20,766 nucleotides of DNA. Source: Abditibacteriaceae bacterium. GTDB taxonomy: Bacteria > Armatimonadota > Abditibacteriia > Abditibacteriales > Abditibacteriaceae. A program made the translations under genes and the position numbers. The notes below the pieces were generated by a model. That model was not told the origin of the DNA and searched no databases. It saw only the letters and a list, made by a program, of their open reading frames with translations. Position 1 is the first letter of the stretch; the number at the start of each line of letters is the position of its first letter. The DNA is taken from contig JANMKN010000292.1 in assembly GCA_031372065.1 (NCBI GenBank), positions 1 to 20,766 of the forward strand, given 5' to 3'. This document shows, in pieces, positions 15,381 through 20,766 of this stretch.

Positions 15381-16625
15381 CTATTCTTCTTCCAGCAAAC
15401 TTTCGGGCAGCATCGGCGCGGCGTTGCCGGCGGCGGGGAGCATTTGATATTTGGTTTGCGTTTGCAGCGGCAGGCCCCACAGTTTGATGAAGCCGAGCGC
15501 GGCGTCTTGGTCGAAGTTGTCGCCTTCGTCGTAAGTCGCTAAATCGTAGCGATACAGCGAGTTGGGCGATTGGCGTCCGACGATCATCGAAGAACCTTTG
15601 AACAATTTCACGCGCACGGTGCCCGAAACGTGTTTTTGGCTCGATTCGACAAAAGCGCGCAGGTCTTGATGCAAGGCCGAAAACCATAGGCCGTTGTAAA
15701 TCATTTCGGAAATCTGCGCGCTGACGGTGTTTTTGAAACGGGCCTGATCGCGCGAAAGGGTCATGTCTTCGAGCGCGTGATGCGCCTGATGCAAAACCAC
15801 AGCGGCGGGCGATTCGTAAATCTCACGGCTCTTGATGCCGACAAGACGGTTTTCAACGTGGTCAATGCGGCCCACGCCGTGTTCGCCCGCGATGTCGTTT
15901 AAGAGAAGCACCAGTTTCACGCCGTCCATTTCTTCGCCGTCCAAGGCAACGGGAATGCCTTTTTCAAACTGAATTTCCACATATTGCGGCTTATTGGGCG
16001 CCTCTTCGGGGCTTTTTGTCCACAGCCACACATCGGCGGGCGGCTCAATCCACGGGTCTTCCAAGATTCCGGCTTCGATGGAGCGGCCCCACAAGTTCAC
16101 ATCGGTGGAATACGGGCTGTTGACGCTGGCCGGAATCGGGATGCCGTTGGCTTCGGCGTAAGCGATCTCCGCCGGGCGCGACATTTTCCATTCGCGCACC
16201 GGCGCGATGATTTTCAAATTCGGGTCGAGCGCCGTCACCGAAACATCAAGGCGCACTTGGTCGTTGCCTTTGCCGGTGCAGCCATGCGCCACAGCTTTGG
16301 CGCCGGTTTCGTGCGCCACGTCCACCAAAAGTTTCGCAATCAGCGGGCGACCAATCGCGGTGGCGAGAGGGTATTCGCGCTCGTAAATCGCGCCCGCTTG
16401 CAGGGCCGGAAACGCGAAATATTTGAGGAACATTTCGCGTCCGTCCACGATTTTGGCGTCAATGGCGCCGACATTCAAAGCGCGCTGCTTGATTTCCGGC
16501 AAATTGCGCTCGCTGCCGAGGTCAATCGTCAACGCGATGACATCGAGATTGTATTTTTCTTTGATCCACTTAATGGCGACGGACGTATCCAAGCCGCCCG
16601 AATAAGCTAAAACAACAGTGTCCAC
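15381..16625 (-). CDS. argG: argininosuccinate synthase
   Basis: LAYSGGLDTS, YPLATAIGRP, AHGCTGKGNDQVR, ENRLVGIKSREIYE; AAGGAG RBS before GTG. Confidence 0.98.
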   Translation of the reverse strand: MDTVVLAYSGGLDTSVAIKWIKEKYNLDVIALTIDLGSERNLPEIKQRALNVGAIDAKIVDGREMFLKYFAFPALQAGAIYEREYPLATAIGRPLIAKLLVDVAHETGAKAVAHGCTGKGNDQVRLDVSVTALDPNLKIIAPVREWKMSRPAEIAYAEANGIPIPASVNSPYSTDVNLWGRSIEAGILEDPWIEPPADVWLWTKSPEEAPNKPQYVEIQFEKGIPVALDGEEMDGVKLVLLLNDIAGEHGVGRIDHVENRLVGIKSREIYESPAAVVLHQAHHALEDMTLSRDQARFKNTVSAQISEMIYNGLWFSALHQDLRAFVESSQKHVSGTVRVKLFKGSSMIVGRQSPNSLYRYDLATYDEGDNFDQDAALGFIKLWGLPLQTQTKYQMLPAAGNAAPMLPESLLEEE

Positions 16626-16724
16626 GAAGATTCTCCTTAAACAACTTGAAAACTTGTTTGAGTTGCAAGGTTTACCAGATTGCTCACGCGTAACAAAGCG
16701 ACTTTTCCAGAAGACAAAAATTAT

Positions 16725-19127
16725 CTACGAATACAGCAAAAATGCTTTGCGACGGGCCAGCCATGCGTCCACATCTTTGCTCCACGACGCGATGATTTCT
16801 TCGGGCGGTGTGCCTTGCGCGATTTGCGCGGGAATCGTTTTGTTGCCAATCCAACGGTGCATGATTTCCAAAGTTTTGGCGTCCATTTTTTCGGGAAACA
16901 AGCGCGCAAGGGCGTCGGCCAAGTGAATGCCCAGTTCCGTTGGGCGGCATAGGCGCCTGTCCCACAGCATGATTTGAACGCCGCTGCATTCCTCGTTTTT
17001 GAACTTGCTGGAAACCGGCGTAAAACGCGTCGGCGCGAACGACACGCCGGCCAAGCGGCGCGCGTTGAGATTCTCGGCCAGCGCCACGCCATCCATCCAC
17101 GGCGCGCCGATAACTTCAAAGGGCGCATCCGTGCCGCGCCCGACGCTAATCGGCATTCCTTCCAAAATTCCCACGCCCGGATAAATCGCCGCTTGGCGCA
17201 CGTTGCGAATGTTGGGCGAAGGGTTTACCCACGTCATGCCGGTTTGGTCGAACAGCAAGCGCCGGTTCCAGTTCGGCATTTTGACGACTTCTATGTCCGC
17301 GCCGATTTTGCGCTCGGCGTTGAACATCAGCGCCAGTTCGCCAATCGTCATGCCGTGCGAAATCGGCATGGTGTGATAGCCAATAAACGACGCCGATTCC
17401 GCGTTGAGCAGCGGCCCTTCGACAGTTAAACCGCCCAGCGGGTTGGGCCTGTCCAAAACCAAAACTTTGATTTTATTTTTCGCGGCGGATTCGAGCAAAT
17501 AGCCCAAAGTCGAAATGTAGGTATAGTAGCGCACGCCGATGTCTTGAACATCGAAGACCAAGGTATCAATGCCGGTTAGCATTTCCGGCGTGGCGCGGTA
17601 GCGGGTTTCGGGCGTTAATCCCGTGTCATACAGCGAGTAAATTTTCAGGCCGGTTTTTTCGTCGGTGCTGCTTTTGATGGATTCGTCCAAGGCGCCGCGA
17701 ATACCGTGTTCGGGCGAGAAAAGCGCCACGATACTCACATTTTTGTTGGCGAAAACGCTGTCCACCAAATGATTGCCTTTGCGGTCAACCGCCGTGTGAT
17801 TGCAAACAATGCCAACTTTTTTGCCTTCGAGCCGCTTGAAATTTTCCGCCATTAAAACGTCGAGTCCGGTTTGCACTTGCACAGATTCCTCCAAAGATTT
17901 CGGCAGTGTTGATGATAGTCGGCCCGGCCCAAGCGATAAATCGGCAAACGAGGCCGCCACGATGCTTGAAACCATGCGGCGCAGCGGCGTTAAAACAACC
18001 GGCGGTTTGCCATGCACGCCGTTAGCCAACAAAACGATAAACGATTTGGTCAGCGGGTCAATCCATAGCGATGTGCCGGTAAAACCCGTATGCCCGAACG
18101 AACCGGGCGGCAACGCGCCGCGAATGGAATAAGGCGAATCCAAATCGAAACCCAAACCGCGCGCGCTGCCGGCAAACGGCGATTGTTTGCTTGTCATCAG
18201 CGCTACGGTTTCGGGTTTGAGAATGCGCGCCCCGCCGTATTCGCCGCCGTTGAGAAACATCTGGCAGAATTTCGCTAAATCGTCGGCTGTCGAAAAAATG
18301 CCCGCGCTGCCCGCCACGCCATTTAAAGCCGCTGCTGTTGGGTCGTGAACTTTGCCGCGCAGTTCGGGCAAATCGGCATCCGGCGAAGTCGAAGCGGCGC
18401 GCTGGGCCAGTTCGCCTTGTGGACGAAACGCCGTATCTTTCATGCCGAGCGGCGCGAAAATGATGTCGTGGCAATACGCGTCCAAAGTTTGGCCGCTGAC
18501 GGCTTCGATAACGGCGCCAAGGGTGATGAAACTGAAATCCGAATACAAAAACTGCGTGCCCGGCGCGTATTTATGCGGCGAAGCGGCGATTTCTTCGGTA
18601 ATTTGCGCAACAGTGCGCGTTTTTCCGGCATAAGCGCCACCTGCGGGAAAGCCCGCCGAATGTGTCATCAAATGGCGAATCGTAATTTGCGCGCGTTCGC
18701 CTGTCGCGTCTGCGACGTTTTTGAAAGCGGGCAGATAATTCGCCACCGGCGCGTCCAGTGCGATTTTGCCTTCTTCCAAAAGGCGCATCGCAGCAGTGGC
18801 GGTGAAAAGTTTGGTCAGCGAAGCCAAATCGAAAACGGTGTCTTCGCGCATGGCGCGCGTTTGGGGACGGGCACCGGCAAAACCATACGCCTTGCGCAAC
18901 ACCACATTGCCATCGCGCGCAATCAGCAAAACCGCGCCGGGCACATTTTTGTGTTCGACGGCGTCTTTGACAACTTCATCGGCGACGCTCAAACGTTCCG
19001 GCAAAAAGCGTTCTTCCTGCGGCTCTTTGGTGGGCAGCGGTGGCGTGCCCGCAAATTCCCGCGCGGCGTGCGCGCCTTGAACGAACCACAGCAAAACGAA
19101 GACAAAAAAGCGGCGCAAAGCAAACAT
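16725..19127 (-). CDS. secreted serine hydrolase (beta-lactamase fold, AmiE-like) fused to exo-beta-N-acetylmuramidase NamZ (DUF1343)
   Basis: Signal peptide (AHA-A). SxxK in FDLASLTK, LMTHSAG, YSD, FGHTGFTG; then NamZ motifs FSPEHG, FDVQDIGVRYYTY, LDRPNP, WVNPSPN, GRGT-PF. Confidence 0.9.
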   Translation of the reverse strand: MFALRRFFVFVLLWFVQGAHAAREFAGTPPLPTKEPQEERFLPERLSVADEVVKDAVEHKNVPGAVLLIARDGNVVLRKAYGFAGARPQTRAMREDTVFDLASLTKLFTATAAMRLLEEGKIALDAPVANYLPAFKNVADATGERAQITIRHLMTHSAGFPAGGAYAGKTRTVAQITEEIAASPHKYAPGTQFLYSDFSFITLGAVIEAVSGQTLDAYCHDIIFAPLGMKDTAFRPQGELAQRAASTSPDADLPELRGKVHDPTAAALNGVAGSAGIFSTADDLAKFCQMFLNGGEYGGARILKPETVALMTSKQSPFAGSARGLGFDLDSPYSIRGALPPGSFGHTGFTGTSLWIDPLTKSFIVLLANGVHGKPPVVLTPLRRMVSSIVAASFADLSLGPGRLSSTLPKSLEESVQVQTGLDVLMAENFKRLEGKKVGIVCNHTAVDRKGNHLVDSVFANKNVSIVALFSPEHGIRGALDESIKSSTDEKTGLKIYSLYDTGLTPETRYRATPEMLTGIDTLVFDVQDIGVRYYTYISTLGYLLESAAKNKIKVLVLDRPNPLGGLTVEGPLLNAESASFIGYHTMPISHGMTIGELALMFNAERKIGADIEVVKMPNWNRRLLFDQTGMTWVNPSPNIRNVRQAAIYPGVGILEGMPISVGRGTDAPFEVIGAPWMDGVALAENLNARRLAGVSFAPTRFTPVSSKFKNEECSGVQIMLWDRRLCRPTELGIHLADALARLFPEKMDAKTLEIMHRWIGNKTIPAQIAQGTPPEEIIASWSKDVDAWLARRKAFLLYS

Positions 19128-19241
19128 GGTTTCTCATTTACCAACTGCCCGTCGGCGGCGCAATGGTTTGGTGCATTAATGGAGAAACGATGCAGTGGCC
19201 CGACGCAAAAAACGAGAGGCGTTTACACTACGAGCTACTTT

Positions 19242-20099
19242 ATGTCCAACGATTCGTGTCGCACAATTGAACAATCGCTTCAAGAATACGGGCGAGGCAT
19301 AGCGGGCGGGCTGATTTTCAGTTTGCCGCTGCTTTTTACAATGGAAATGTGGTGGATAGGGTTTATTTCCCATCCTTCGCGCTTGCTCTTTGGCTTGCTG
19401 GGCACTTTTTTGTTGCTTTTGGGCTACAATCGCTTTGCGGGTTTGCGCAGCGATTCTTCGTTTGGGGAAGTGGCCATAGATTCGATTGAAGAATTGGGCT
19501 TGGGCCTTGTTCTATCGGCATTTCTGCTGTTTTTGCTGGGCCGCATTCATAGCGAAATGCCTTTCGACGCCATTATGGGGCAGATTGTCGTTGAAGCGTT
19601 GACTGTCGCCATCGGCGTTTCGGTGGGCACCGCCCAATTGGGCAGCGACGATGACGGCGATTCTGGCATGGACAAAGACGACAATTCGTTTGCAGGCCAA
19701 ACAGTGCTGGCGTTTTGCGGCGCGGTTTTGTTTGCCGCCAACGTCGCGCCTACGGAAGAGATTGTGGTTTTGGCCGTGGAAAACGAGCCGCTGCGCTTGT
19801 TGGCGCTGGTGCTAACGGCGCTGGCTTTATCGGCTTTGATTTTGAATTTCAGCGCCTTTCACGGCACAGACCGTTCTACAACGCCCGCACCGCGAAAAAA
19901 CTGGTTTCGCGTGCTTTCCACAACGATTGTCAGCTATGCCATCGCGCTGAGTGCTTCGGCGGCTGTGCTATGGTTTTTTGGGCGCTTTGATGATAATTCG
20001 GGGCCGATTAATCTCGCGCAATGTGTCGTTTTGGGTTTGCCCGCCGCCTTAGGCGCTTCTGCCGGACGTTTGTTGGTGCAAGGCAATCAATCGTCGTGA
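19242..20099 (+). CDS. TIGR02587 / DUF2391-like integral membrane protein
   Basis: RGIAGGLIFSLPLLFTMEMWWIG and ANVAPTEEI motifs with multiple TM helices. Start taken at ATG 19242; the upstream part of the 584-aa ORF is antisense to the NamZ fusion. Confidence 0.85.
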   Translation: MSNDSCRTIEQSLQEYGRGIAGGLIFSLPLLFTMEMWWIGFISHPSRLLFGLLGTFLLLLGYNRFAGLRSDSSFGEVAIDSIEELGLGLVLSAFLLFLLGRIHSEMPFDAIMGQIVVEALTVAIGVSVGTAQLGSDDDGDSGMDKDDNSFAGQTVLAFCGAVLFAANVAPTEEIVVLAVENEPLRLLALVLTALALSALILNFSAFHGTDRSTTPAPRKNWFRVLSTTIVSYAIALSASAAVLWFFGRFDDNSGPINLAQCVVLGLPAALGASAGRLLVQGNQSS

Positions 20100-20122
20100 A
20101 TCCAGTTAAATTGACTAAAGTT

Positions 20123-20563
20123 ATGAGCCACGCGAACAACGAAAAACAAGGCGCCGATTCTCAAGCCTCTGTCAGCAAGAACCCGCTCGAATGGGCTGTT
20201 TTTGCTGTTAGTTTGCTTTTGGTGCTGGGCGTGCTGGGCTATTTGGGCCGCGAGATTTTCCTATTCGACAAAGCGCCGCCGCACATCGTTTTGCAATTGG
20301 GCAAACCGCAGCAACTACAAAAAGCGGCTGGAGAAGAAGCGGGTTTCATTGTTTCGGTGCAAGCCTCCAACAAAGGTCGCCAAACCGCCGAAGGCGTGCA
20401 TATCGAAGTCGAAATGCAACGCGGCAGCGAGAAACCGGAAGCCGCCGATTTTGAGATCGCTTTTCTGCCGCGCGGCTCCTCGCGCGAAGGCTGGGTCGCT
20501 TTCAAAGGCACAAAAGAGAACGTCAAACTCAAAGCCCGCGTGTTGGGCTACGAAATTCCGTGA
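20123..20563 (+). CDS. TIGR02588-like protein
   Basis: KNPLEWAVFAVS TM anchor, NKGRQTAEGVHIE, FLPRGSSREG, GYEIP; usual partner of TIGR02587. Alternative coupled GTG start at 20096. Confidence 0.8.
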   Translation: MSHANNEKQGADSQASVSKNPLEWAVFAVSLLLVLGVLGYLGREIFLFDKAPPHIVLQLGKPQQLQKAAGEEAGFIVSVQASNKGRQTAEGVHIEVEMQRGSEKPEAADFEIAFLPRGSSREGWVAFKGTKENVKLKARVLGYEIP

Positions 20564-20661
20564 TGTTCCCTATAGCGGGGCTGGCGCCCAATGGCATTAA
20601 GTTAAGGCGTTTGAAAGCGTAATTCCTCCAACTTTGACAGATGGGCGGGTTTGGTTTTCAC

Positions 20662-20766
20662 ACCGGTTGAAACCGGTCTCTGCAAGAGCCAAGGCCACCT
20701 TCGTGGCCTAAAAATGGAGGTTTTGAGCCTGCGAAGGCAGGCTTTGCCTCTACAGACGCCGGTTTC
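20662..20766. repeat. REP/REPIN-like inverted pair of palindromic units, truncated by the window end
   Basis: Hairpins ACCGGTTGAAACCGGT, AGGCCACCTTCGTGGCCT (20692-20709) and AGCCTGCGAAGGCAGGCT (20726-20743); the right half is an imperfect reverse complement of the left half. Confidence 0.7.

Noticed and set aside
16626..16724. ARG box upstream of argG
   Set aside because: No convincing match to the TGAAT-N-ATTCA palindrome.
18345..19241. N-terminal 299 aa of the 584-aa ORF
   Set aside because: Antisense shadow of the NamZ fusion gene; family-like sequence begins only at ATG 19242.

Overview
Bacterial chromosomal window with a GC-rich backbone and AT-richer inserts. Housekeeping genes: queE, priA-mtnA, argG, a beta-lactamase-fold/NamZ (DUF1343) fusion and a TIGR02587/TIGR02588-like pair. 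Accessory content: an atypical HrpB-like DExH helicase whose motif Ia-like strand precedes Walker A; an AT-rich membrane ORF; a secreted discoidin/CBM32-like protein; and a Met-rich secreted protein behind a candidate sigma54 promoter. The best candidate for an undescribed system is the minus-strand block between argG and mtnA: a large N6-adenine DNA methyltransferase, a PD-(D/E)XK nuclease-like protein, a six-unit 41-42 bp hairpin array with one flipped core, and a cytoplasmic helical-repeat/fibronectin-III protein. Other structure includes an in-frame heptamer-repeat insertion in priA, a 20-bp duplication in a micro-ORF between two terminators, and a REP/REPIN-like element at the right edge. 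All calls come from reading motifs by eye; no searches were run.
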